From Lama guanicoe (Eukaryota), in NCBI GenBank assembly GCA_013239625.1, contig MU054096.1:223098-287097 (forward strand): DNA of 64,000 bases. Direction: 5' to 3'. Positions 1 to 12,987 of the stretch are shown here, one piece after another; position 1 is the stretch's first letter, and every line of letters starts with the position of its first letter. The position numbers and the translations under genes are program-made. The notes beneath the pieces were generated by a model, which saw only the letters and a list, made by a program, of their open reading frames with translations, did not search any database and was not told the origin of the DNA.

Positions 1-297
1 ATAAATCCTTGGTTTATTGAGTCCACAATGATTTTCTGAGTGACTTCTATGTTTCCACCTCTCACTTCAAATCCCAACTGCTAGAAAAAATTAATGTAGT
101 AAAAATCTGAAATATAGAATTTATTACTCTCAATTGCCCACTTACTTCATGCTCAGCCAGGGCTCATTCTGAGATGATGTAAAGAAGTAAGTAAAGAAGA
201 TAATCTGTTACAATCGCCTTCATGCAAATGAAGGTGGCTATAAAATGTTCAGAAGAGCTAGAAGGCAAATTGTTTTCTTAGTATTTTAAATTCTCAC

Positions 298-486
298 CCA
301 AAATGTAGCACAGGGAAACATTTGCTAAACAAAGGTGAACCTAATTCTTGACTAACAATGAACTTGTAGCACGTGAAATCCATGACACTTAAGTGTATCC
401 CAAATCCAGGGCACTTCCTGGGTTTCTGAAACTGTAGGTAAATACTAGCAGGGACTTGGGTACAATCCCTTGACAAGGTCTTCATC
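298..486 (-). other. Internal exon (189 nt) of an unidentified minus-strand gene; coding or 5'UTR
   Basis: Minus-strand acceptor T-run-gcctcag|G at 487/486 and donor TGG|gtgaga at 298/297. Length is a multiple of 3 and one frame is open throughout (MKTLSRDCTQ...PVLHFG). Confidence 0.6.
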
Positions 487-722
487 CTGAGGCAAAAAAA
501 AAAAAATCTTCCCCTAACAGTTCTCGATGAGCCAGGACATATTTTGTAAAGACAAATAGCATTTTCTCTGCCATTTTGAAAAGTCTGGAACCATCCTTTA
601 CCCTTTAGCAGAGGCTCCTTTGACAATTGTGTGTCTCTTCATTGCTTCTTCTTGGTACTAGCTGAAATTTAAATGTTACCAGTTGTCTGATTCTATAGGA
701 AAAACTAAAATACTTGGAATAC

Positions 723-880
723 GGGGGAGGGTATAGCTCAGTAGTAAAGCGAGTGCCTAGCATGCATGAGGTCCTGGGTTCAATCCAGTACCTCCATTAA
801 AATAAATAAGTAAATAAGTAAACCTAATTACCTCCCCTCCCACCAAAAAAATAAAATAAGTAAATAAAAGTAAAATAAAA
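723..880 (+). mobile_element. tRNA-derived SINE (camelid vic-1 type)
   Basis: GGGGAGGGTATAGCTCAGT (A box) ... GGTTCAATCC (B box), AAACCTAATTACCTCCCC body, A-rich tail, degenerate TSD aaaatacttggaa/aaaatatttagaa. Confidence 0.9.
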
Positions 881-1045
881 TATTTAGAACAGTGTTTACA
901 GTAGCACTAGAGCAACCTCACTGGGGAAAAAGACAAAAGGAAAATATTAGAAAAAAAATTATTCCTCTTTATTTCAGTAGGCTAGGCCTACAGATAAGTT
1001 AAAACAAACAAAACAAAACACCAGACCTCCTGATCTCATGGAATT

Positions 1046-1275
1046 CAGAGTGGAGACCTGTATGTTAGCCACTATATATAAAAATAGATTTAAAAAAAAA
1101 AAAGATTTCTTCTGTATAGAACAGGGAACTATATTCAATATCTTGTAATAACTTTTAATGAAAAAGAATATGAAAATGAGTATATGTATGTATATAGGTG
1201 ACTGGGACACTGTGCTGTACACCAGACACTGACACGTTGTAACTGACTACACTTCAATAAAAAAATTTAAATTAA
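1046..1275 (+). mobile_element. Young L1 3' end
   Basis: Conserved 3'UTR cagggaactatattcaata...gtaactgactacacttcaataaaa, repeated many times in this window. Confidence 0.85.
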
Positions 1276-2499
1276 AAAGTCATCAGTGCAACCCGTACAC
1301 TCTAATACAGCTGTGGGAAGTTCAATAAAAGACACTGGGATGACTTTTGCTAGAGGTAGAAGGGGCCGGGGCTGCCAGCTGTGGGAAAAGGACAGATAGG
1401 AAGGTGTCTGAAAAAGCTACAAGACACGGTAGACAGAAACTGAGTCATCAATGATCCTGGTGTAACTTCAGCAAATAAGGGTGGGGGTAGGGGGAGCAGA
1501 AGGGCCTCACACGCAGAGGTAGCAGCAAGATCAAAGGGATGGATCTGAAGCAGTCAGGGTAGCCCAGTGGTGAAACATGCCCGTCTGGAAGCAGACTGCC
1601 GGAGGCTGATTCCCCTGTGCTAGTGGTTATGTCTGTAGGCAAGTCACCTTACCTGACCAGCCTTCTTTTTGAAACTCGTTTTGAAATGGTAATTTGGGGT
1701 AATAGTGGTACTGTCATGACTTTGCAGTGAAGATGAAATGAGAGCTTAGGGCACAGCGCCTAACAGAAGAAACACTCATTACAAACGCATTATGATGACC
1801 TGCTTGGGAAACAATGAGGTGGGGGAAAGACAGGCTCAAGTTCACGCTAGGGGAATGGCCTTATATACCATTAGAATGAACACTCTTCAGGGGCAGGGAC
1901 CATATCTGTATTGTCCCTGGGAACACCCTGCAGTGCCTGGCACATAGTGGGAAATCTAAAAATACGGAATGTATATGTAAATTTTAAATATATGTGCAGT
2001 ATATTGTGTATATGAATTTACATGCAATATATTGTATATGTGCAGTCAAATTGTAACAATTCTACCTAATAATAGTGAAAAAATAAAAATAAAATAACAG
2101 AGTGAAGGACTGAACGGTAAGAAAATTGGACATTTTTCTATAAGCAATTGCAGACCCACCACCAGAGGTTCTAGGGAGGGAAATGATGTATTACAGACCT
2201 AACCATACGAAAGAATGGAGCGACGCTAAGGGTAAGGAGATTGGCTCAAACATGGTGGCCATTGAGCCCTCGGAATACAGCCAGTCTTAACTGAGATGTG
2301 CAGCAAGAAACCAAGATGTGACTCACACAGCAAAATGTAATCTTGTTCATCTTAATTTGATTACATGTTGAGGTGGTAATATTTTGGGTATATATATTGG
2401 GTTAAGTAAATATTAAAATTAATTTCCCCTATGTCTCTTGATCTTTTTTAATGTGGCTACTAGAAAGTTTTAAATTACCTATATGGCTTTCGTTAAAGT

Positions 2500-2860
2500 T
2501 CTTTTTTTTTTCAATTGAAGTACAGCCAGTTACAATGTGTCAATTTCTGGTGTACAGCATCATGCCCCAGTCATGCATGTACATACATATATTCATTTTC
2601 ATATTCTTTTTCATTAAAGGTTGTTACAAGATACTGAATATAGTTCTCTGTGCTCTACAGAAGAAATTTGTTTTTTATCTGTTTTTATATATAGTGGTTA
2701 ACCTTTGCAAATCTCCAACTCCCAAATTTATCCCCTCTCACCCCCTTTCCCTCTGGTAACCATAAGATTGTTTACTATGTCTGCGAGTCTGTTTCTGTTT
2801 TGTAGATGAGCTCATTAGTGTCCTCTTTTCTCTTTGTCTTTCTTTCTTTTTCTTTTTTTG
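2500..2860 (-). mobile_element. Young L1 3' end
   Basis: Reverse complement of the same L1 3'UTR, starting with poly-T. Confidence 0.85.
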
Positions 2861-3379
2861 TCTCACGTTATATTTCTATTTATACTGGATGACCCTGGGT
2901 TACAAAGCATGGGCTAAGGCAATGACAAAGGAAATAGAAAACATAAGTCAGATATAAGATATAGTTTGGAAGTAAAATTGATAAAACATAGTGACTCCTT
3001 AGATACAGAAGCTGCAGGAGGAACAACCAAAGATGACCCAGATTCATGAACAGGTTGAATTTGATGTCCTCAGGGATATCCAGCTGGAGAGATGGATAAA
3101 CATGTCTGGAACTGAAAACTGAGCTCAATGCATCTAATCTGTGAAACTTATCTGTCTCCAATAAAGCAACCAAATCAATAGGCCAATATCCTCCCAGACA
3201 CCCTGGAGCCTATTACTGGAACAGTCATCCAGAGAGAGAGAGAGAAGGATACTGATCACTAAGATCAAGCTAAATATGACAGGAAGCCTGTGGGTACATA
3301 TTCAGTTCACCTACGATGTAACACTATCAACACCACCATTCCTCTTCCTTGATAAGGACACTTCCCCTTCAAGACTTAA

Positions 3380-4520
3380 AAAGCATTTCAAAAGAGATAA
3401 TATTTGCAAATGACACATCTGATAAAGGGCTGTTACCCAAAATATGTAAAGAACTCTTAAAACTCAACAATGAGAAAATAAACACCCAATTAAAAGAATG
3501 GACCAAAGACCTTAACAGAGAGCTCACCAAAGAATAGACACAAATGGCAGTTAAGCATATGAAGAGATGCTCAACATCACAGGTTATTAAGAACATGCAA
3601 ATTAAAACAACAATGAGATGAAACTACACGCCTGTTAGAGTGGCCAAAATCCAGACCACTGACAGTTCCAAATGCTGACGAGGATGTGGAGCAGCAGGCA
3701 CTTTCCTTCATTGCTGGTGGGAATGCAAGATGAAAAAGCCACTTTAGAAGATGGTTTGGTAGTTTCTTACAAAAACAAACATCCTCTAATTATATGATCC
3801 AGCATTTGCACTCCTTGGAATTTACCCAGTGGAATTGAAAACTTAGGTTCACACATAAACCTGCACATGGAGGTTTATAGCAGCTTTCTTTGTAATTGTC
3901 AAAACTTGGAAATAATCAAGATGTCCTTCCATAGATGAACAGATAAATAAACTGTGGTGGATATATACAGTGAAACATTACTCAGCACCAAAAAAGAAAT
4001 GAGCCATCAAGCCATGAAAGGACATGGAAAAACCTTAAATGCATATTACTAAGTAAAAGAAGCCAATTTGATAAGCCTACACATATGATTACAATTATAT
4101 GACATTCTGGAAAAGGCAGAACTATGAAGACATTAAAAGATCAGTGGTTTCAGGAATTGGAGTGGGGAGGTGGATGTGTATGAATAGGCAGAGCACAGAG
4201 GATTTAAGGGCTATGAAAATACTTTATATGATAGCATTATGATGAATAAATGTCATTATACATTTGTCTAAACCCATAGAATGTACACCACCAAGAGTGA
4301 ACCATAATGTAAACTATGGACTTCGAGTGAATACGATGTGTCAATGTAGGTTCATCAATTGTAACAAAGTACCACCCTGGTGGGAGATGGTGATAGTTGG
4401 GGGCAGGGGGCTGTGCATGTGTGGAGGGCAGGCCACGCAAGGGAAATCTCTGTTACCTTCCCTTTAGTTTTGCTGGGAACCTAAAACTGCTTTTAAAAAT
4501 CAAGTCTTAATATTTTTTTA
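3380..4520 (+). mobile_element. Old L1 (L1MC-like) ORF2 C-terminus and 3'UTR
   Basis: Decayed IFANDTSDKGLLPKICKELLKLNN ORF2 motif followed by an L1MC-type 3'UTR. Confidence 0.85.
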
Positions 4521-4669
4521 AAAAGCCTAAGAAATAAAGCTGAAGTTGGTGCCACAGGGAAGAAAAAGCATTTTAATTTGCTTTCACTAATAAAAAACAG
4601 TGAGTTAAGTATATGATCAGGCATGTTCACTGAAACATGTGTGATAGAAAAAAAATACTGGCAGTAAGA

Positions 4670-5060
4670 AAGAGAAAGAAAAATACCATATGACATCACT
4701 TATATGTGGAATCTTAAAAAAAAAAAAAAGACAAATGAACTTATTTACAAAACAGAAACAGACTCACAGACATAGAAAACAAACTTACGGTTACCAGGGT
4801 GGGGAAGAGGGTGGGAAGGGATAAATTGAGAGTTTGAGATTTGCAGATAGTGACTACTATGTATATAAAATAGATAAAAAAAAACCAAGTTTATACTGTG
4901 TAGCACAGGGAACTATATTCAATATATTGTAGTAACCTATTAAGAAAAAGAATATGAAAAGGAATATATATATGTGTATGTATGACTGAAATATTATGCT
5001 GTACACCAGAAATTGACACATTGTAAACTGATCATACTTCAAAAAATATATATATATATA
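4670..5060 (+). mobile_element. Young L1 3' end
   Basis: gagaaagaaaaataccatatgacatcacttatatgtggaatc...acattgtaaactga. Confidence 0.85.
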
Positions 5061-5277
5061 AAAAACACTAGTAGTAATTAATCAATGTGTCCATCAGTAA
5101 GGGGTACTGGTTAAATAGATTTTGGTACTCAGTGAATAAATACAATTTAGCATCAAAAGAATGAGTTAGATAAATATGCTGATAAGGAAAGGGTTTCAGG
5201 ACACACTATTCACATTATTAAGTTATCAAAAAAAGCCAGTGAGCAACACTGGGTGTACTATGATTCTTTCTGTAAGT

Positions 5278-5320
<43 letters not shown>

Positions 5321-5899
5321 TAATATCTATATCTATTCCCTTCTAGAAGGAAGTTGAGAAACTGCTAATGACAGGTATCTTTGCAGAAAGTGAAATGACC
5401 TGTCCTTATTGTATTATTGTTCATATTATTATATTTTAATATCAGTGACAGTTGTATAAGCAGTAAAAATAATGGCCATATTTTGTTTCTTTTCTTTGTA
5501 TTTCTCTGTATTTAAAAAAGTCTAATTTTAAATGTTACATATTTTCAAGCTGAACGTAGGTAGGACAGTGGGATTTGATTTATTCTTACCCACAAGTCTT
5601 TAGGGGTAACTTAGCGGGAAGAATCCTGAACTGGTATTTGAAAAATTCCTTCTTCATCATATTTCCCAGTGTACTCTCTGATCTACAAAGTTCTCACTTA
5701 GGTAAAATAGAAAATTTTGTATTAGCCCAATAATATATAACATCACCTTAACTTGAAACACCAATATAAGTTAGGCAAAGTATTTTCTTTGGTTTAGTTT
5801 CACAGAAAATTGTATCATCAGTCCTTTCTCATTACTTTATATGTATAGATACCTCATTAAATTTGATAAATTAATTGTCTTAAAGCAAGAAATATTGTA

Positions 5900-6575
5900 C
5901 TGTTCCTGAGTATTTATCCAAGAGAAATAAGACTTAATTTTCAGAGCAAAAATCCTACGTACAAATGCTTATAATAACTTTATTCCTAAAGACCCAACTG
6001 GAAACAATGCTAATGTCTTTAATAAGAATTATCAATAAATGACAGTTATGGAAAAATGAGAGTGAGTGGATAAACACAGTGTGAGACTTCCCTACGATGG
6101 AATACCAAACTGCAACAAAAAGAAATCAACTTTGTAAAATAACTATCACTTAATTAAAAAAAAAGTAAAAACAAAATCTTTACACATAGGAAAAAAAAAA
6201 AGAAAAGAAATTGACTGACACGTGCAACAATACAGATTAATCCAAAATGGATTTTGCTAAAGTGAAAGAAGCCAACCTCAAAAGCCTACATTCTTTCTGA
6301 TGCCATTTATATGACATTCTTGAGAAAAGCAAGGGACAGAAAACAGATCAATGGTTGCCAGGGTTTAGGGGTAGGGGTGGGAATTGGATGTCAGATCCAA
6401 AGGGACAGGAGGAAACTTTTCAGGGTTACGGAACTGTTCTAATTTTTATGATGGTAGTTACACAACTGTATGTATACATTTGTCAAAACTCACAACACTG
6501 TACACTAAAATGGATGAATTATATTTAATACGCATATAAATAATATCTCAATAAACCTGACATAAAACAAAAAGA
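5900..6575 (+). mobile_element. Old L1M 3' fragment
   Basis: L1M-type 3'UTR (aagtgaaagaagcca...tgtcaaaactcac...ctcaataaacc). Confidence 0.75.
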
Positions 6576-7654
6576 AACATAGATACTGTATTATACACAC
6601 ATACGTGCACGCACACGCTTTGCAATCTAGGATTAGTGGGTTTTTTTTCCATCAACCTGGTTTTACATATTTGTGATTATATGGAATTTCTATGTTGTTC
6701 TTTGAAGAGTGTATCACAGCACCTCAGTAAAATACGTTGAGCTTCAATGGGCCCTTTTCAATGATTTGTGTGTCTGTTTCTGAATTCTTTTACACACATA
6801 TAGATCCAGAAGGAACTGCAATTATTGAAACTCAAGATTGTAAGCAGAATCATGATCAATAACATAGCAAGTTAGGAAGGGGCCTGAAACTGACCAGGCC
6901 AGACTGGTTAACGCTCAGCTCATTATTTGTTCAGCAATGCTGATTTTTTTCTGAGTCAGTTCAGAGTTATAGGTCACCATCTAGTTTGCTGAGGCACCGA
7001 AATAGTGTAATTTACTGTTGAGGAACAGGTGGCAGGTGGGTAGAGAATTAGTGCTTCCAGATGTGTCAGCAAACTCCTTTCAAACATTGTTGCACATTTT
7101 GATTTGGACAGTGTTCTTTAAAAGTCAGAGTCCACTTCGGTCACACCTAGTACACCGGATGTGGTTTATATTTGGTTGCTTTCCAAAGACCATTCCTCTT
7201 AGCGCTTGGGCCAGGAAAGCACTGAAAGACACTTGGCGCATTTTCTTTCCTTCTCAGGACCACTCTTTATACACAGTTGTTTCAATAAACGCTTACCTGT
7301 TTTACGAAAGTGGTCCCTTTAACCAGCTCCATGACTGAGACCGGAATGAATTCTGGACAACTCACTCATCTGAACCAAAGAAGGAATCTAAAATCCCAGG
7401 GTTCCATTTTGAGAAACATGGACAAAGATGTCATAGACTTTCAGGGAGGCAGGGATGGAAGAAAACATTTTTGCCACGGACTCAAAACTCTCAGAACAAA
7501 ACCCTCTCTGAATAAATGTTAGAATAAGTACTTGGATTGTTTCAGATCATGTTGGAATACTTATAATCATCACATTTTAAAATAATCTGAAATTAACATT
7601 GGCTATGTCACTGAATGCCTCTGGACTTCTGTTTCCTCATCTATAAAACGGGGA

Positions 7655-7971
7655 CAGTTGAGGCCATAATCCCTTATCTTCAGCTGCAAACTCCATAAAT
7701 CTCTGAGACATGAATAGCATTTTATAACTCATTTGGCTGCAAGAAAATCTAAGCTCGACTGAGATGAGGCTGTTTGCAGCCTTTATGTCCTTCCTGTGTA
7801 TACCCATATTCCTCATTACTGAAATATTAATATGTCTGATGTTGTCCCAGACCCTACTAGGGCTATTTCATAACATACATAACTGCATTATAACCCTTGT
7901 GGAAATTCTGATAAATTCGGAAATCTAAAATATCTGGCCCTAAGGGTTTCAAATAAAGGATTGCAGACCTG
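7655..7971. mobile_element. Non-autonomous DNA transposon, MER46/Tigger-like (a related copy at ~41980-42320)
   Basis: Degenerate terminal inverted repeats (aatcccttatc ... aataaaggatt); family from recall. Confidence 0.5.
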
Positions 7972-8051
7972 TAATACTTCCAAAGATGTTGCAAAAAGCC
8001 AAATAAGGTAATAGATAAGAAAATACTGGGCAGAATGGGGGCAGCACATAC

Positions 8052-8410
8052 TTTGACCACAGACAGCCCTGGGGGTGCTCCTTTCTGGAACGCAGGGGTG
8101 GAGGCTGTCTCCTCCTGGGCTGGAAGCAGCTTCCAGCTTCTGCCTGTCTTAACAGCTTCTTTTCCTGTCCCGCATCCATGCCGTTCCTCTCCCGAGAGAT
8201 ATCTCTTAAAGACAGCTGCCTGTGACGAAGAGCTTTTTCCCACCCCGGGGTCAGTCTGGGTACCTCTTGTTGTGCTGTATCTTGGCCAAACTCAGGCTGG
8301 TGGTGAATTGCCACAGAGTGAAGAGAAGTCAGACCAAGCGGGAATGAAGCCCTTGAGGTGCTTCTGAACGCTCTCCAGTCATCTCAGAGACTTCTGCAAT
8401 CGTCACTGCT
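8052..8410 (-). other. Putative first exon of the minus-strand gene
   Basis: Donor TCAAA|gtatgt at 8052/8051. ATG at 8179 in strong Kozak context (GGCATGG). TATA-like CATATAAG at 8438-8445 lies ~30 nt upstream of an Inr-like GCAGT near 8408. The 5' end is inferred. Confidence 0.5.
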
Positions 8411-8429
8411 CGAGGCCAAAAGACAAGTA

Positions 8430-8462
8430 CATGTGCACTTATATGTGGAACAGTATGCCTAC

Positions 8463-8496
<34 letters not shown>

Positions 8497-8640
8497 AGCA
8501 ACACAAGCCCCAGTCTATTCAAGTAAATTAGAGCGCCTTTCTTACATCAACTGATTCACTAGGTGCGATCAGCAAGTTCGTCACACGTCACTGGGCATAT
8601 GCCCGCCCACGTGACAACTTCTCTTAAATACCACGTGTGT
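8430..8640 (-). promoter_or_regulatory. Pol II promoter cluster: TATA-like elements, two CACGTG E-boxes, GC box, CRE half-site
   Basis: CACGTG at 8608-8613 (GTCACGTG on minus) and 8632-8637; CCCGCCC at 8602-8608; TGACGT on minus at ~8585-8590; TATTTAAG on minus at 8623-8630; CATATAAG at 8438-8445; locally raised CpG. Confidence 0.6.
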
Positions 8641-8775
8641 CCTTGTAACTCGGGGTAGCTAGGACTGAAAAGTTGTAACCTTTCCTTTTACTTGTTCTTC
8701 ATAACTGAAGTCTGTCAAGACATTATTCCCTGTTGAAAGTTAGGTGGGGAGAGAAAGATGAAAAAGATATCTTAC

Positions 8776-8884
8776 CAGGTAGGAAGCTACAAGCACCAGC
8801 ATGGCACCTTTTCTTAGAGACAATCACCAGAAAAAGCGCTGAGCATTTGGAAATGTTCCCACTTGAGGACCGAGAATATATCCC
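8776..8884 (-). other. Candidate upstream alternative exon (109 nt), probably non-coding
   Basis: Acceptor ttttcccatttgcag|G and donor CTG|gtaaga on the minus strand, in non-repetitive sequence. Confidence 0.35.
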
Positions 8885-10524
8885 CTGCAAATGGGAAAAC
8901 TAGTAGTATTCTTTACCAGTGGCCGGTATTATTATTCACCAGTTTTATCTCCCCTTTAAATGCCATTTAACAATAGGGTTTATAAGTAGAGATACAGACC
9001 ATGGTTCTAGTCATAAAATGAGCTTTGTATATAAGGATGACATGACTACTCACCATCAGTAAGACATGTTCTGAAAGACTTTGGGACAAACATGGAGACA
9101 AGTCGACAGGGCTCTTTCCATGAGTTACGTATGACATTCATTGTGAAAATACAGTGTCAGACTTAAGAGGATCAGTCTGGGATCACAGAACACATGGAGA
9201 CTAACTGGTGAGGCCATAAATCACATCCGTTTCCTGGTGTTTATTGTCCCAGTGGATCCATCTAGTCAAGGATGGTTTCTAGCCTCTCCCTCTAAAGACA
9301 CTCTCTGGGCCTAAATTGGTACCATCTTCCTGAAAAGCGACTGGGCAACATGGATTAATCTCAAAAAAGAGCATGTACTTCAGTCCAGTATTTTCATGAC
9401 TAGGACTGTCTTGCAAGATGAGTCGTAGCTATAGACAGGGATTTATATACAAAAAGGTTTATGCCGATGTTAGGTACGAAAGTGAAAAATTAACAACCAC
9501 ATAAAACCAAAGCAATGAAAAATGATTACATAAATATTTGCATGTGGAATATAATGTACTCATCAAAACGACATTCTAAATTTTAATGAAAAAATGTTCA
9601 GGATATCAAGTTTTGTTACAAGACCTGGGTACAAACTCAATATAGAATTTAATCTCAGGTATAACTATCAATGAGTGAGCTATCGAAAGTAATATATTAA
9701 AAATTACCAATAAAATGATTAGAAGGAAATAGACTAAAATGCTCACAGTTGTAGGGTAGTAGGATTATGGGTGACTTTTAAATGTGAAATTTCATTCTTT
9801 ATAGGTTTCTACAAATTTCTACTATGAATGAATTACTTTTATATTGAGAGAAAAGCTGTAAACATGATTTTTTAAGACAAAATAGTCTAAAATACTCATG
9901 GAAATTTCACAATGTTTTACAATAGGAATATTCCAAATCACTTTTGGGGGGATGGTTAATTTTATTTTATTGAGTTATAGTCAGTTTACAATGTTGTGTC
10001 AATTTCCAGTGTAGAGCATAATTTTTCAGTCATACATGAACATACATGTATTCATTGTCACATTCTTTTTCACCGTGAGCTACCGCAAGATCTTGTATAT
10101 ATTTCCCTGTGCTGTACAGTATAAACTTGTATATCTATTCTGTATATACCTGTCAGTATCTACAAATTTCAAACTCCCAGTCTATTCCTTTCCGCCTCCC
10201 TCCCCCCAGACCACTTCTAAAATATTCCACACCACTTTTGAAAAGTCAAACACGTGAATAGTAACTAAAACTAAACAGTGTAATTACAGTGTAACAATAT
10301 TCATAAGCCAGAAAGAGGGACTATTTCTCTCACTGAGGTCAAATCAAAAACTGACCAGGTTAAACGGAAATCTGCCATGAAGTCTGCTGAGTATGCTGGT
10401 GGGGGCCAAAGGGAGAAGATTGTTCAGTTATTAAAGTCAGTATTCGCAGTGGCATCTTTTCTGGATAAAAAGAAAATTCTTCTTAGCAAAGAGAAAGAAA
10501 CCTGCGGGAGTTTCAGAAAAATCT

Positions 10525-10575
10525 CGCCACTAGGGTGCTAAGCCCCGTTGGTAGACTAGCCCATTGCCTAGCAAC
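10525..10575. promoter_or_regulatory. CTCF-like motif plus RFX X-box
   Basis: CGCCACTAGGGTGCTA at 10525-10540 is one mismatch from the CTCF core. ATTGCCTAGCAAC at 10563-10575 fits the RFX X-box consensus. Confidence 0.45.
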
Positions 10576-12987
10576 CTAACAAGGGTTTCATAAAGGCGGC
10601 ATTTAAGTCCACAGGTCATATCAGCAAACACAGATGTGAACTGGACATTTTCTGCTACTTCTTAAAACAAATCTTCAAGGACCTGCCCAATCATCCTTCT
10701 TTAGAATGAAAGCGTCTGAAGTTACTGCCTGGTTGGAAGCTAGCCGTTTTGGTCTTTGTTTTACATTCTATTAGGGTTTCACAAATTTGCTTGTTCATAA
10801 GGATTAGACAAGGAGTACTTGTGACATATATGGGTTTCCCTAGAGATTATGATTCAGCAGATCTGTTTTGGGGCCAAGGAATCCATACTTTTAACAAGGG
10901 CCCTAGATGAGCACGATATTTGTGAAATATTATAAACTTTCATTTCCTTTTGAGCACTTCTTGCTAGTTCTAATTACATGCTGTCCTTCTCTGTTTGATA
11001 ATTGTTTAGCATGTACCTCTTGCCATAAACAGCAAGCTCCAGGAGAGCAGAAATGGTATCTATTCGTTCATGCACCTCCAAGCACCAGTAGGTTATCTGG
11101 CACATATGATTAGGAGCTGAGTAGCTATTGCTTGAATCAATCAATCGATGAATCAAAATTTCTTTTATTCTATCTAATAAGAGCCCACTTTAAGTCTGGA
11201 TCACCTTTAAGCTTGTAGGAAAAGTCCTGCCTCTGGAAAACACAATGCAAAAGTAGAATGTGTTACACTTTGGCAGGGAGGGAATTTTTGGTACTTGCAG
11301 GAGAGTGCCCAAGCAAAACTGGGAAAAAAGTACTGCAAAGAGGAAATGCTGACTGCCAGGCACATTAAGACATCAAATTCATAGAGAAAACATATCCCAT
11401 ATCTGCCCATATCTGCCTATCTATCTAGCTAATACCTATTACTTAAGCAAGCATATTGCGTGCTGGCCTGATATGGAAACAAAAACTACAAGACTTCAGG
11501 GGGGAGGAGGGTGGGAAGGGACAGACTGGGAGTTCGAAATTTTTAGATACTGACAGTTTATACTGTATAGCACGGGGAAATGTATAAAAGATCTTATGGT
11601 AGCTCATGGTAAAAAAAAAGTATGTGACAACGAATATATGTATGTTCATGTGTAACTGAAGAATTGTGCTCTACACTGGAAATTGACACACATTGTAAAC
11701 TGACTATAACTCAATCAAATAAAATTTTAAAAAATAAATAAAAGGTAAAAAAAAAAAAAAAAAGACTTAACTTCCTGGCTCCTTTCAGGCCACTTGGAGG
11801 TGGGGGGAAGTGATTGCCAAGCAGGTCAAGGGCCAGTATAACTGAATAGGGGGTTCCACTTTCTACTAATATTTAGACTCATCAAAAAGTATATAGGTGA
11901 AGAATGTTCTAGAAATCCCTCCCCAAAAAACTTTTCTCTAGTTTTGAAAAGATTAGAGGTGGCTACTGAATATTGGTTGAAATATGGCTTTTGTATAGTT
12001 ACATAAAATATACACCAGGCTACCACGAAAGTAGAGTAAACCATTGTATACGTAGGCACTGAACGGGTGTTTATAAACTGCTCAGGACAGAACTAATTCT
12101 GGAGAGTGAGATACACAGAGTTCTCCAGCTATAGCCTATCTTCTTGACCACCTCCACCAGCCCCAGCTGCACTGCCCACAGAGATGGCATCTCAGCCCTC
12201 ACTCTGAGCCATCGCCACACCTAGAGAAGCCTGTTACTACAGTGACCTGGGCTTCAGATGACTGAGGTCCCCATTGCTCCCCACTCTTGTCTCCTGGCTA
12301 AGCCTTCACCAGCCATTCACACTCAAAAAGTTTTGTGTTGAGGGGGAAGGAGGGTCAGCAGAAGAATTGCTCATGGGCCCAATCTGACCAGCCACCTGTT
12401 TCTATAAATAAAGTTTTATTGGAACGTAGCCCCACCCATTCACCTATAGATGGTCTAAGGGTGATTTTAGCATTACAACAATAGACTTGGGTAGTTGGGA
12501 CAGAGATCATCTGACTCTCAAAGCCTTAAAGACCTACTGACCGGCTCATTAGAGATAAAGTTTGCCTCCCAGCAGCCTGGAGGCATATGGACAGATCACA
12601 GTCATGCTGATAAAAAAAATTCTTACGTGACATCACCATTCACCAGGCAGTAGTCTAAGGTCTTCATGTGTGTTACTTCATTTAGTCCTCGCTACAATCC
12701 TATGAGGAAATGAAGGCACAGACAGGTTAAGATAACACAGCTAACAAGGGCCAGCCTAGACAGGAGACTAATTGTGAAATAAACAGGGTATCACAGGGCT
12801 CCAAAGATGATGAGCAAAATCATAATTTGGAAACTTTAGTAAAGCAGCAAACAAACAGGGATGGAGATTGTAAGAACACTGCTGTCATGGAAGCAGATCG
12901 TTACTAATAACCACATTTTGATCAGCTACAGGGTCCTTTTGTGTATGGAATTTGATTAAAAAGTAATGTTTCGGAAAATAAAGTAAG

